Counted from the first letter of the stretch, positions 46,743 to 56,659 are shown. The stretch: 64,000 nt of DNA from Alphaproteobacteria bacterium (GCA_964291285.2 OZ219785.1:448001-512000); one strand, 5' to 3'. Numbers and translations are program-made. Notes: generated by a model from the letters alone, not told the origin.

Positions 46743-49700
46743 TCAGGACAGGGAACGGGCGGAAGCCGCTTCCGGCAGGGGCGGCACCGACGCGCCGGCG
46801 CAGGCAGCAGGGGCGGCGAGGTTCAACCGGTCCCGGCGGCGGCGCTCATAGAGGCTGAGCGCATGCAGCGGGAAATACTGCCGGTAGAGCACGTAATCCA
46901 GGAGCGCCGTCCGGAAGAACACGCCGGCCATGTTCTGTTTGGGCCACCCCCCTTCGGCGTCCTGCGTGTCGAGCAGGAACCGGGCGCCGCGCGACACCGC
47001 GGCCCAGTTCGAGTCGCCCGCCTCGAGGAGCGCGATCAGCGCCCACGCGGTCTGGATGACCTGGCTCTCGCCGTGCGGGACATAGCGGCCGGTCAGGCAG
47101 CCGCTGTGGTGCTCGCCCCATCCTCCGTCTTCCCGCTGGCGTTCCAGCAGCCAGCGGCAGGCCGAGCGCAGCGCCGGGTCGCCGGGACGGGACCCGGCGG
47201 CAAGAAGGCCCCTGATGCCGAACAGGGTGCCGTAAATGAACTGGACGCCCCATACGCCGCGCCAGGAGCCGTCCATCGCCTGCGTCCGGCGCAGCCAGGA
47301 TTCGGCCCGGGAGACGGCGCCCGCCGCGCCGTCCGCGATCTCCGGAAACCGCTCCCTGCACGCGGCGAGCGCGGCGAGGCAGGATGCCGTGCATTCCACA
47401 AAGGAATGCTCCGTCATCGAGTCGCCGAACATCTCGGCCGGATTCAGCCACTCCAGGCCGAAAGCCGAACGCCGCGCCTCATAGCTGCCGAAGCCGCCGT
47501 CGCGGTTCTGGCCGCGCAGCATGAAGGCGACCGCATCGCCGAGCGCCGCCCTGTCGGCGTCGCCGCCCCGTGCCGCGATGAGTCCGAGCACCGCCTCCGC
47601 CGTGCAATCGCTCACCGGCCAGCCATGCCACCCGCCCGCAAAGCACCAGCCGCCCCTGGGGTCGGTTCGATAGGCTTCGCGAAACCCTTCGAAGCTCGTA
47701 TCGATCTGCTCGCCCAGCAGGAAACCGGCGCCGCGCGCGAGCGCGTCCCCGACCCCGGCGGGCTCGGGCAGCGCCGCCAGCGCCTGCAGCGCGAACCCCG
47801 TGTCCCAGGAGGCGCTTCTCGCTCCGGTGACGCGCGCGCCCTCTTCCTCGTCTTCCCAGATCCAGCCGTCCAGCTGCGCGAGCGCCTGCCGGCAGTCGGC
47901 GTCGTCCGGATCGTGCAGCCACAGCGCAAGGATGTTGAGAAGGCCGCTGACCGGGGAGATGCTTGTGTGGCTGGTGGTCTGCAGCTCCCACCTGATGCGC
48001 CCGACAATCGCATCCGTGCATCGCGCGCGGAGGCGCCTGCCGTGAACCCGCTCGAACAGCCGCGCCAGCCCGTATCCGGCCCTGAGCCAGAGGCCCGGCC
48101 TCGCATACAGGTCGGCATCCCGCAGGCGACCCCGGGCAGCGGAGAAGTCAACGCCGGCAAAGCCCTGCGGGAACAGCTCCTCCCGCAGCGATTCGATCAG
48201 CGGCGTGACGGGCGCCTGGAACCGGCGCGCGTAAATCGCCGCCATCGCCATGTAGATGAGCCGCGTGTGGCAGTACCAGTTCGAGGGGTGCAGCGGTATC
48301 CGGCGCGGCAGGCTCCACAGTTCCGGCAGAACCGCGTTCACCCCGCGCCAGTCATAGAGGTTGAGGAGCGCCAGCCAGAATTTTCCCCAGCTCGGAATGC
48401 CGAGAACCCCCTCGGCCTGCAGGAACCGCCGGGCCGGCTCGACCAGGGGATCCTCCCGCCCGACGCCCAGCAGCCTCGCCGCGACATAGACGAGTGCGGT
48501 GACGAACAGGTGAGGCGGCGAGTGCTCGTGCAGGCCCCATGCGCCGCCCTCGAGCCGGGTCCGCTCGAAGGAGCGCAGCACACGCCGGCGGCGGCCCGGT
48601 TCCAGCGGCCGTCCGATTAGATGGTGCAGCAGCGCATATTGCGCGGTGAGCATGGGGCACCAGACCATCTCGCCTTCCCACGCGCCGTCCTCTCTCTGGA
48701 GGCTCAACAGGCGCGCGGCCGCGCTCTTCAATGCCGGACCGGCATCGGGCGATTCGACCTCCTTCGAGCGGGCGGGCCTGGAGGCCTCGCCTCCGGAAGG
48801 CATGGAGTACAGGAACGCGCGGGCCAGGCTGTCCCGGGTTTGCCTGCTTTCTTCCCGGCCCTCGCGACTCGCCTGCCGGAGCTGCCGGACACCGCGCTGG
48901 AGCCACCAGAGGCGAACGGCGAGCGCATTGAAGATGGTCCGGGTCCGATGCGAAGCGAACCGGCGGAAGGAGAACGGAATCTCCCGGGTCAGCGCCCGGG
49001 CCACCGTTCCGCAGAATGCGAGGGTCATGCCGGTCGCGGACCGGTCCTCGCAGGCGAGTATCCGCGTGGTCCGGTCCCGGTACGCGGAATTCGCCCGCCA
49101 GCCCCGGTAGATCGCGGATCTGAGGACCACCGCTTCCACGCGATGATCGGCGAAGACCTCGTAGAGCCCCATTGCGAGGAACTCGGGAATGCGGGTCGCC
49201 CGGAAGCGTTCGGCGGCGAAGTCCCGAAAGCGCTCGTTCTCGGCGAGCGTCAGCGCATCGCCGAACCCGAGTGTCATGCCGACCGCCGTCATGGGATGAT
49301 AGTGCCCGGCGGCGTCGCCGATCAGCACCCGGCGCGGGCTCAGCTGATTGGCCGCCGCATGGAATTGGCCCGCCCGCAACGCCTCGACGAAGGCCGGCCC
49401 GAGAGCCCCCGGCAGCAGCCCGGCGCAGGATTCCGACAGGAAGGCAATCCGGTCCCGGGGCGTCCAGCGGTCCAGCGGAAGATCGACGATGACCCGGACG
49501 CAGCCGTCCGCCAGGCCGTATATGAGGATCGGACCCGGCCCGCCCAGCACCACATGCCCGTAGCCTTCGAAGGGCAGGTCCGCCCCGCCTATGGTGACCC
49601 CCAGCATCCGCGAGCAGAGCATCGGGTCCGTGGAGAGACCCAGCGACTGGCGCACGATCGAGGCCCGGCCGTCGGCGCCGACGACGCGCGCGGCGGTTAT

Positions 49701-50144
49701 GGAGCGCTCATCGCCGCCAACGGAAAAGGCGACCCGCCCGTCATCGACCGCATTGACCCGCGCGTGGGAAATGAAATCGACGCCGGCTTCGTCCGCGATG
49801 GCGTCGCGGAGGCTCGAGACGAGCAGCGCATGGTCGCATGCCAGGCCCCGGGACCCGTCCGGATAGGGAAGCAGGATCGGCTCCGAGCCGTCCTCCGGAA
49901 ACACCACGAATCCCTTGCCCGGCGTGGCTCCGGGCAGCCGGTCCGTGTCTATCCCGATGTCGCGCAATATCCTGACGGCCGGCGGATGCAGCCACTCGCC
50001 GGCCAGGCGCGCCGATGCCCTGGGATTGGCTTCGAGCAGGGCCACCCGGGCGCCCTTGCGCGCATGGGCGAGCGCGCAGAGGCTCCCCACCGGGCCCGCG
50101 CCGACAATGGCTGCGTCGTAAGGCCGCCCGGCGGCACCGCTCAT
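46743..50144 (-). CDS. Squalene epoxidase-oxidosqualene cyclase fusion protein (1133 aa)
   Basis: N-terminal GAGPVG, GEWLHP, GADG..S.VR, GDAAGHYHPMTAVGMT (SQE-like). C-terminal QW repeats, IPSWGKFWL, WYCHTRLIY, HGWPVSDCTAE, WGVQFIYGT (OSC). ATGA overlap with the P450 stop fixes the start. Confidence 0.9.
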   Translation of the reverse strand: MSGAAGRPYDAAIVGAGPVGSLCALAHARKGARVALLEANPRASARLAGEWLHPPAVRILRDIGIDTDRLPGATPGKGFVVFPEDGSEPILLPYPDGSRGLACDHALLVSSLRDAIADEAGVDFISHARVNAVDDGRVAFSVGGDERSITAARVVGADGRASIVRQSLGLSTDPMLCSRMLGVTIGGADLPFEGYGHVVLGGPGPILIYGLADGCVRVIVDLPLDRWTPRDRIAFLSESCAGLLPGALGPAFVEALRAGQFHAAANQLSPRRVLIGDAAGHYHPMTAVGMTLGFGDALTLAENERFRDFAAERFRATRIPEFLAMGLYEVFADHRVEAVVLRSAIYRGWRANSAYRDRTTRILACEDRSATGMTLAFCGTVARALTREIPFSFRRFASHRTRTIFNALAVRLWWLQRGVRQLRQASREGREESRQTRDSLARAFLYSMPSGGEASRPARSKEVESPDAGPALKSAAARLLSLQREDGAWEGEMVWCPMLTAQYALLHHLIGRPLEPGRRRRVLRSFERTRLEGGAWGLHEHSPPHLFVTALVYVAARLLGVGREDPLVEPARRFLQAEGVLGIPSWGKFWLALLNLYDWRGVNAVLPELWSLPRRIPLHPSNWYCHTRLIYMAMAAIYARRFQAPVTPLIESLREELFPQGFAGVDFSAARGRLRDADLYARPGLWLRAGYGLARLFERVHGRRLRARCTDAIVGRIRWELQTTSHTSISPVSGLLNILALWLHDPDDADCRQALAQLDGWIWEDEEEGARVTGARSASWDTGFALQALAALPEPAGVGDALARGAGFLLGEQIDTSFEGFREAYRTDPRGGWCFAGGWHGWPVSDCTAEAVLGLIAARGGDADRAALGDAVAFMLRGQNRDGGFGSYEARRSAFGLEWLNPAEMFGDSMTEHSFVECTASCLAALAACRERFPEIADGAAGAVSRAESWLRRTQAMDGSWRGVWGVQFIYGTLFGIRGLLAAGSRPGDPALRSACRWLLERQREDGGWGEHHSGCLTGRYVPHGESQVIQTAWALIALLEAGDSNWAAVSRGARFLLDTQDAEGGWPKQNMAGVFFRTALLDYVLYRQYFPLHALSLYERRRRDRLNLAAPAACAGASVPPLPEAASARSLS

Positions 50145-51550
50145 CGGAAAACGCTCGGCTCCACGCGGCGGCGGTAGCGGACCCGGCACGGCGTCTCGGG
50201 CCCCGTCACCCAGCTGCCGTAATTCGGGCGTGGAAACTTCGGCCCGGCGACGAAGTCGAAGCGGTCGAGCAGAACCGTCCAGATCGCCTTGAGCTGCATA
50301 TAGGCGAAATTCTTGCCCATGCACGCATGTTTGCCGCCGCCGAAGCCGATCAGGGCGTAATGATGTTGCCTGTCCTCGCTGGCGGGCGGCGCGAAACGGT
50401 CCGGGAAGAACCGCTCCGGATCGGCGAAAACCCGGGGCAGGCGGTGGGAAACCGCCGGCGACACCATGGCCATGGTGCCGGCGGGCACGACACTGCCCCC
50501 GTAACGGAGCGGTTCGAGCACCTTCCGGATCAGCAATATCAGCGGCGGGTGCAATCGCTCGCATTCGCGCACGGCGTTTTCCATCGCCGGCTGGCGCTGA
50601 AGGCTGTCGAGGCTCATCGACCCCGCTTCGCGGTAAACCTCCCGCGCCTCCTCCCTCAACCGTGCCAGGTAGGAGGGCGTCCTGAAGAGCTCCAGGCCGG
50701 TCCAGGTCGCGAGCACCGCGCTGGTGTGCTGGCCGGCGAACAGCACGGTCAGCAGGATCCCCGTGATCTCGTCGTTGCTGAGCGCACGGCCGTTCTTGTA
50801 GCGCGCATTCATGAGCGTTTGCATGAAGTCGTCGGGACCGGCCCCGGCATTGCGGCGCGCCGCCATGATTCCACCGAAGAGCTCCGCCACCTTCCGGCGG
50901 GCCCGGTCGCGGCTTCGATGCGCCGGGGTGGGAAGTCTGGGAAGGAAGAATCCGAGCGTGTTGATGCCCTTCTGCAGGTCGTGGTAGGCCTCGGCGAAGC
51001 CGGTATCCACCCGGTCGCGAACCTCCTGCCCGATCAGGCAGCGGCTGGCGATCCTGACGGTGAGCTCGTTCATCGCGTGCGGCAGGTCGATTTCGCCCTC
51101 CCCGCCGAGGGCGTCGGCGAAAGCGCTCGCCTCCTCGAACATGATGAGGGCGAATTTCCGCATGGCGGCTTCGCGGAGCGCGGGAAACAGGAACCCCAGC
51201 TGCTCCGCCATGATTTCCGGCGAGGTGTCATAGGCCACGCCGCGCCCGAAGACGGGCACGGTGAAGCGATAGACCGCCTTGGCGTTCAACTGGGTCTCGG
51301 GCGCCCTGAAATAGAAGTCGTGGGCTTCCGGCCCGGTGAAGAGAACGAAGTCGCGAAGTCCCAGCCTGAAGCGGAAAAGGTCGCCATGCCGGCGCCAGCC
51401 GCGGCTCAGCATGGCGACCGGGTCCCGCTGAAATTCCCTGAGATGGCCGATCAGCGGCCAGCTGCCCGCCAGTTCCGGAACGGGCGCCTCCGACGGCGGC
51501 GGGAGGTCCGCGGACTGCAGCGTCGCCATGCTGTGAGACCGGTTCGCCAT
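50141..51550 (-). CDS. cyp51: Sterol 14-alpha-demethylase (cytochrome P450 CYP51)
   Basis: Y.F..PVFGRGVAYD, AGQHTS I-helix, ECERLHPP, FGGGKHACMG heme motif. Confidence 0.9.
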   Translation of the reverse strand: MANRSHSMATLQSADLPPPSEAPVPELAGSWPLIGHLREFQRDPVAMLSRGWRRHGDLFRFRLGLRDFVLFTGPEAHDFYFRAPETQLNAKAVYRFTVPVFGRGVAYDTSPEIMAEQLGFLFPALREAAMRKFALIMFEEASAFADALGGEGEIDLPHAMNELTVRIASRCLIGQEVRDRVDTGFAEAYHDLQKGINTLGFFLPRLPTPAHRSRDRARRKVAELFGGIMAARRNAGAGPDDFMQTLMNARYKNGRALSNDEITGILLTVLFAGQHTSAVLATWTGLELFRTPSYLARLREEAREVYREAGSMSLDSLQRQPAMENAVRECERLHPPLILLIRKVLEPLRYGGSVVPAGTMAMVSPAVSHRLPRVFADPERFFPDRFAPPASEDRQHHYALIGFGGGKHACMGKNFAYMQLKAIWTVLLDRFDFVAGPKFPRPNYGSWVTGPETPCRVRYRRRVEPSVFR

Positions 51551-51558
51551 CCCCGTCC

Positions 51559-52659
51559 TCAATGGATGAACGGCAGCATCGAGAAGCGCGCCCGCTGCGT
51601 GTAGCGCTCCCACAGCTCGCCATATTTGGCGCGGCAGCGGCGCTCATCGCGTCTCGAGCGGTGCCACAGGAGACCCGCCAGCCACGCGGGCAGCAGGTAG
51701 GGCCCCCAGGATGCGAGCCCGGTGGTCAGCGCGAAAGCGAGATAGATACAGATCTCGCCGGTATAGTTGAGGTGCCGTCCGATACCCCAGAATCCGGAGA
51801 CCAGGAGGCGCCCGTCCAGGGTCCGGGCGGGTTGCCCCCAGATCCTGATATCGGGGTCGCGCTTGAAGCGGTGCTTCTGCTGGTTGGCGCCGCGGAAGAG
51901 CCAGAAGCCGAAGGCGAACAACAGGACGATGGCCGCCGCGGCGGCCGGAGACAACGGGTCCGGCGCGTGAACCAGCCACCAGCCGGGAAGGCAGTAGAAG
52001 AACGGCACCAGCACGTAGTCGCCCCAGACCAGCATCCATCCGAAGCGCTCGCTGATGATGTCCCAAGTGTGGATCATGCCGTGCTCGAACTGGAAGTAGT
52101 TGAGCACGTAGAGGAAGGTGAACGCCTGATAGAGCGCCATCGCCAGGGTAAGCTCGCCATAGGTTTCCCACTGCACGACGGCGAAGGAGGCGTTGACGAG
52201 CGCCAGACCGATGAGCGAGGGGCGGTAGCTGAAGAGCTTCAGGTCGATCCCGAACCAGACCGGGCCGGCATCGACGCCGCCGAAATAGCCCCGCCAGAAT
52301 CCCGGCGCCGCGCCGGGCGCCCGCATCCCCCGCCAATACAGCCAGCCGGCAAGGGCGAAGGCGAAGGCGTTCGCCGCCACGAACAGGGCGGCGAAGTGGG
52401 TGTAGAGCACCGAAAGGGAGAACCAGCCGAGGAACTGGGCGAGGCCCGCCGCGAGCGCGGCGATCAGGAAGAGCGCGAGGCCGTTCAGCTTGTAGATGCG
52501 CTCATTGCCCTCGGCGTCCGGCCCCGCGATGCGGCGGCCGGGAAGGAGCATCGAACCCAGGAACAGCAACGCGACGAACGCCAGCGCCATTGCCGCCGCT
52601 TCGAGCAGCGCTCCGCCCGACAGCGCGGACGACAGGAGGAACGCTTCAGGCGGGGACAC
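51559..52659 (-). CDS. Sterol reductase, ERG24/ERG4/DHCR7 family (probably C14-reductase)
   Basis: YKLNGL, DLKLF..RP, TWDIISERFGWMLVWGD, FRGANQQK..FK, LLVSGFWG.GRHLNY.GE, HR..RDE.RC..KYG..W. Confidence 0.9.
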   Translation of the reverse strand: MSPPEAFLLSSALSGGALLEAAAMALAFVALLFLGSMLLPGRRIAGPDAEGNERIYKLNGLALFLIAALAAGLAQFLGWFSLSVLYTHFAALFVAANAFAFALAGWLYWRGMRAPGAAPGFWRGYFGGVDAGPVWFGIDLKLFSYRPSLIGLALVNASFAVVQWETYGELTLAMALYQAFTFLYVLNYFQFEHGMIHTWDIISERFGWMLVWGDYVLVPFFYCLPGWWLVHAPDPLSPAAAAAIVLLFAFGFWLFRGANQQKHRFKRDPDIRIWGQPARTLDGRLLVSGFWGIGRHLNYTGEICIYLAFALTTGLASWGPYLLPAWLAGLLWHRSRRDERRCRAKYGELWERYTQRARFSMLPFIH

Positions 52660-53731
52660 CGCCGTCCCCGGACCCGCGGGCCAGAGTTTCCCGCCACTTG
52701 CGCACCGTCACTTCCTGAAAGGCCCTGACCACGGGATTGAACTCGACGGGGCGGGCGTCCCAGTGTTTCTCGTAACCCTCTTGCTCCGCTTCGAGCGCGA
52801 ACCGGTCCTGGTCGAGCAGGGGGGCGATCAGCATACGGTTGGAGATCTTCATGACCGCGGTCATGGCGAAACGCGGAATGCGCACCGGCAGGAACGGAAT
52901 TTTCAGAGACTTGAAATAGAACAGGAAGAACACCCGGGTGGTGCGCTCGTCCATGGGCAGCACGAACAGCCAGTGCTTGATTGCGTCATCGGTGTTCGAC
53001 CACTGGTAGGGATATTCGTAGCAGAGCTCCATGCGGTTGGTGTTGAGCCGCTCGTGGTCCACGAACAGTCCTGAAATGCGCCCGCGCCCGACCCGGGTAT
53101 CGTAAGCGAGATGCACATTGTCCCCGACGGTTTCGCAGGAGGCGAGCGTGGCTCCGTCGAAGGGCCGGTAGCGGCGGTGCAGATGCGCGTGGGTGAAGTC
53201 GCTCACATTGTCGATCACCATCGAGTGGTGCGCCGACCACGTGAAGCGCAGCGGCACGCAGGTCCAGCGCCCGGGCCCCTCCAGTTCGGGAATCTCCGGG
53301 ATCCGGTGCTGTTCCGCCTGCTCCGGGTCGCCGGGGAAGAGCCACACCAGCCCGTAGCGGACCTTTACCGGGTAGGTCTTGAGCGCAAGCCGCGGAAAGC
53401 TCCGCCCGTTGCCGTCATAGGGAACCCCGGCGGGCCGTTCCCTGCCGCCATATTCCCAGCCGTGATAGGCGCACACCAGCCGGCATCCCTCCACATGGCC
53501 GATGGAGAGCTTGAGCTGGCGGTGCGCGCAGCGGTTCTCGATCGCCTGGAACGAGCCGTCCGTTCCCCGGAACAACGCAATCGAATGTTTCCAGAAGACG
53601 ACCTCGACCACCGTCCCCGGCTTGACCCGGCGCACTTCCTCGACCGCATACCAGTAATTCGGGTCCATGCCCGCGGCGCGCGCCTGCTGGCGGAGCGTGC
53701 CGGCCTCCTCGAAGCAGGGCGGCGGCCTCAT
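52646..53731 (-). CDS. Rieske non-heme iron oxygenase (SdmA-like, candidate sterol C4 oxidase)
   Basis: CAHR...CAYHGW Rieske cluster, NVSDFTHAHLH Fe site; located inside the sterol operon. Confidence 0.8.
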   Translation of the reverse strand: MRPPPCFEEAGTLRQQARAAGMDPNYWYAVEEVRRVKPGTVVEVVFWKHSIALFRGTDGSFQAIENRCAHRQLKLSIGHVEGCRLVCAYHGWEYGGRERPAGVPYDGNGRSFPRLALKTYPVKVRYGLVWLFPGDPEQAEQHRIPEIPELEGPGRWTCVPLRFTWSAHHSMVIDNVSDFTHAHLHRRYRPFDGATLASCETVGDNVHLAYDTRVGRGRISGLFVDHERLNTNRMELCYEYPYQWSNTDDAIKHWLFVLPMDERTTRVFFLFYFKSLKIPFLPVRIPRFAMTAVMKISNRMLIAPLLDQDRFALEAEQEGYEKHWDARPVEFNPVVRAFQEVTVRKWRETLARGSGDGGVPA

Positions 53732-54888
53732 GTCGCGCTCCCGCCGGGCACCGCATGCAAGCCCTGGCGCGGCGCGGGAGGTTCCGCCTCTCTCGCCGCG
53801 CGTTGCTCCGGGGCGTCGGCGCGCGGCGGTTTCGCGGACGGATTTACGATCGCGTTGCGGCCGTGGTGGAACGCGTAGGCTTCGTGAACCGCGTCGCGGA
53901 TGCCGGTCGGCCGGTAGCCGAGCTCGCGCTGCGCCTTGCCGGTGTCGGCATGGCGGCGCTTTTTCAGCAGGCGTATGGCGCCGGGGGTGAAACGCTGGGG
54001 AAAGTCCGGGTGGAAGCGGCTCAGGTAGGAGCTCGCCACTTCCGAAAAGGCGAGCATCAGGGGCGCCGGAATCCGCCGGCGCGGCCTCGGGACGCCCGAG
54101 ACCTCCTCATACAGGCCCACGATCTCCGAGATGGTCTTGTACTCGCTGCTGAAGATGTATTTCTCGCCCGAGCGGCCATGATGCATGCACAGCAGGTGCC
54201 CCTCGACAATGTCGCGCGCCGCGACGAACTCGAACCCGCCATCGATATAGGCATGAAGCTTGCCGTTGGTGTAGTCGCACAGGGTCCTTCCCAGCCGCGA
54301 GGGCAGATAGTCGGCGCCTCCCACCACCGCGCAACAGGTCGCGACCACGACATCCTGCCCCGTGGCCGCCGCGCGCCAGCATTCCTGCTCAACCAGCGAC
54401 TTGCTGCGCTCGTAGGGCATCGTGCGCTCCATGGGATAGAACGGCATCGTCTCGTCGCTGGGCGCGGACGGATCGTCCGGATCGTAACCGACCGCGCTGA
54501 AGGAGCCGGTTACGACCACGCGCCCGGCCTCGGCCTCCCGCGCCGCCTGCAGCACGTTGCGGGTGCCGCGAACATTGCACTCGAACAGCTCCCGGCGATG
54601 GGCGCGGTTGCCCCCGACGGTCGAGATCTTGGCCGCGACATGATAGACGCCCTGACATCCGGCGAGCGCCTGCCTGGTGGCATTCAGGTCCCGGATGTCG
54701 CCGAACACGCGCTCCACATCGAGGCCTTCCAGCGCCTCATTATTGTCCTCATGCCTCAGCAACACCCGGACCCGCACGCCGTCGTCGAGCAGCCGGCGCA
54801 CGAGATTGGCGCCGACATGTCCGGCCGAACCGGTAACGAAAACGGGCGGCATCGACGAACCCGCCGGCATGCTCGACCGGGACGTCAT
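53728..54888 (-). CDS. Extended SDR / 3-beta-HSD-like (SdmB-like, candidate C4 decarboxylase/reductase)
   Basis: VTGSAGHVG, YHVAA, NVRGT.NVL, YERSK; first gene of the sterol operon. Confidence 0.78.
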   Translation of the reverse strand: MTSRSSMPAGSSMPPVFVTGSAGHVGANLVRRLLDDGVRVRVLLRHEDNNEALEGLDVERVFGDIRDLNATRQALAGCQGVYHVAAKISTVGGNRAHRRELFECNVRGTRNVLQAAREAEAGRVVVTGSFSAVGYDPDDPSAPSDETMPFYPMERTMPYERSKSLVEQECWRAAATGQDVVVATCCAVVGGADYLPSRLGRTLCDYTNGKLHAYIDGGFEFVAARDIVEGHLLCMHHGRSGEKYIFSSEYKTISEIVGLYEEVSGVPRPRRRIPAPLMLAFSEVASSYLSRFHPDFPQRFTPGAIRLLKKRRHADTGKAQRELGYRPTGIRDAVHEAYAFHHGRNAIVNPSAKPPRADAPEQRAAREAEPPAPRQGLHAVPGGSAT

Positions 54889-55320
54889 CGCAGCCGCGTT
54901 CCGCTAAAGGGAACGGTGAGCCAGTCTAGTTCCGCGAGACGGGGACGGAGTCTTGCCGACAATGCCGCTCACTCACCGGCCGGTATCGCAACGGCAAGCA
55001 TATCGATTCGAATCCGCGCCTGTTTGCACTCTGAAATATCGCGGGTTCTTCATGCCTATACCTCACATCTTCGAGAAGACCACGGTATCGGCCGACCAAT
55101 ATGAAACCAGACGCCACAAAGCGTATCGAAATTTACCTGATTGTCAAATGCAACATGCCTATAACGCTCACCATTCGCCCGGAAAGCGAACGCCCGACCC
55201 GGGAAACCCCCTTGCGTCATCCCGGCCTCAGTCCGCCCCGGCGCCCGGAGCGGCCCGGGCGCCATGCCGAGCACATGAAAAAGCCCTCGAAAACTTCAAT
55301 GTTTCCAATGGCTTTCAGTA

Positions 55321-55363
55321 GTTTCGGGGGCAGGATTTGAACCTGCGACCTTCAGGTTATGAG
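55321..55363 (-). other. 3' half of tRNA-fMet (att-site remnant, not an intact tRNA)
   Basis: Minus strand CTCATAACCTGAAGGTCGCAGGTTCAAATCCTGCCCCCGAAAC: anticodon loop, T-arm and a degenerate acceptor strand. The 5' half is absent. Confidence 0.85.
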
Positions 55364-55459
55364 ACCCGTCTTTATCTTGCGGCCACGCGCGGCCACCGAG
55401 TTCTTTTCTCGTGTTGATCGTTGTGTCGACGGATTTTCCGGCGATCTTACAATGGCGGC

Positions 55460-56600
55460 ATGCCAGAAAAACCCGGAAAACGCGTCGCCAGGGTGCGCAC
55501 GACGATTACCAGGCGGGCCGTCGAGGCGTTCCAGCCGGGCACAAGCCCTGGATCTCCTAGGACGACAAGCTGACCGGTTTCGGCGTTCGCATCCAGCCAA
55601 CGGGGACCAAGGTCTTCCTCGTCAACTACCGCGCCGGCGACGGTGGGCGGAAGCGCCCAACAAGCGGGTCGCGATCGGTTACTACGGCAAGGTCACCGTC
55701 GAGCAGGCCCGGAAGCTGGCCCAGAACCTGCTCGGCCAGGTCGCCGGCGGCGCCGGTCCCGCCTATGAACGTGCCAAGGCGCGCGCGATGCCCACCCTCG
55801 GCGAGGCCTTCGAAGAGTACATGGCGGTCAATCCCAACCGTTCGAAACGGACCGGCGAGCTCTACCGTTACGAGGCGAACCGCTACCTGGGCGACTGGCT
55901 CACGCGCACTCTCGACTCCATTGCCCGCCGGGATGTCGAGATGAGGTTCAACAGCATCACCGCGGACCATGGATGGTCACCGGCCAACCGGGCAATTTCA
56001 TTGCTGCGCTCCGTCTATCGCCGGCCCTGCGTCGACTACGAAGGGCTGCGTCCCCCTGGAGCTTCCGACCACCCGGCAACTCGCGGTCATTCTCGAGCGC
56101 CGGCAGGCCGAGGCCGGCGACTACCCGGTCGAGGCCCGCGGCTGGGCGTTCCCCTCGCGCACCGCCGCCACCGGCCATGTTCAGGACCCGGATCACCTCT
56201 AATACCAACGGTCGTTGATTGGAACCTATAGCAGAGCCTCCCTCCGCAGCTCGCCCCCTGAGCCGAGGCCTCCTACTGCAAGAGGTAATCTCCGCCGAGA
56301 GAGGCTAATCGGTTCTTATCTGTGGCCGGTGGTATAAGCCCGCATCGGCAAGACCGGCGGCACCAAGTTCTGGTTCCACGGGCTGCGGAACAGTTTCATC
56401 ACCGTGGCCGAGCGCGAGCTGATGCTGCCGCCCTCACTGGCCAAGCGGCTGGTCAACCACGCCCGGCCCAACGATGTCACCGAGGGCTATGCGGCCGACT
56501 GGACCATCGCGCAGCTTCGGGAGCCGGCTCAGAAGATCGCCGACCGGATCGAGGTCTTGACCCGAGAGCCGCAAGCTCCCTGGCCAGTGCCCGCGGCAAC
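55460..56600 (+). pseudogene. Decayed tyrosine integrase (arm-binding domain type)
   Basis: Fragments across frames: TITRRAVEA, DDKLTGFGVRIQPTGTKVFLVNYR, VEQARKLA, PTLGEAF, GWAFPS, FHGLRNSF, LVNHA..DVTEGY. In-frame TAG, frameshifts and an internal insertion. Confidence 0.85.
56202..56335. mobile_element. About 134-bp MITE-like insertion inside the integrase
   Basis: Short imperfect IRs ATACCAACGGTCG / TGGCCGGTGGTAT. Removal brings 'DPDHL' next to 'ARIGKTGGTKFWFHGLR'. Confidence 0.55.
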
Positions 56601-56659
56601 TCGGCTGAGGCTGTCGGAACTCTCGAACCGTACCGCGAGCCATCGCTGCGGCCGTGCCC

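Noticed and set aside
46743-48750. Squalene-hopene cyclase / hopanoid cluster
   Set aside because: The catalytic motif is DCTAE, not DxDD, and the neighbours are SQE, CYP51, ERG24-like and SMT.
50145-50564. Extra 140 N-terminal residues of the 1273-aa track ORF (apparent larger fusion)
   Set aside because: Overlaps cyp51 in another frame and has no motifs. The ATGA overlap at 50141-50144 gives the real start.
55321-55363. Intact tRNA-Met gene
   Set aside because: The D-arm and 5' acceptor strand are missing and the CCA end is degenerate, so it is treated as an att remnant.
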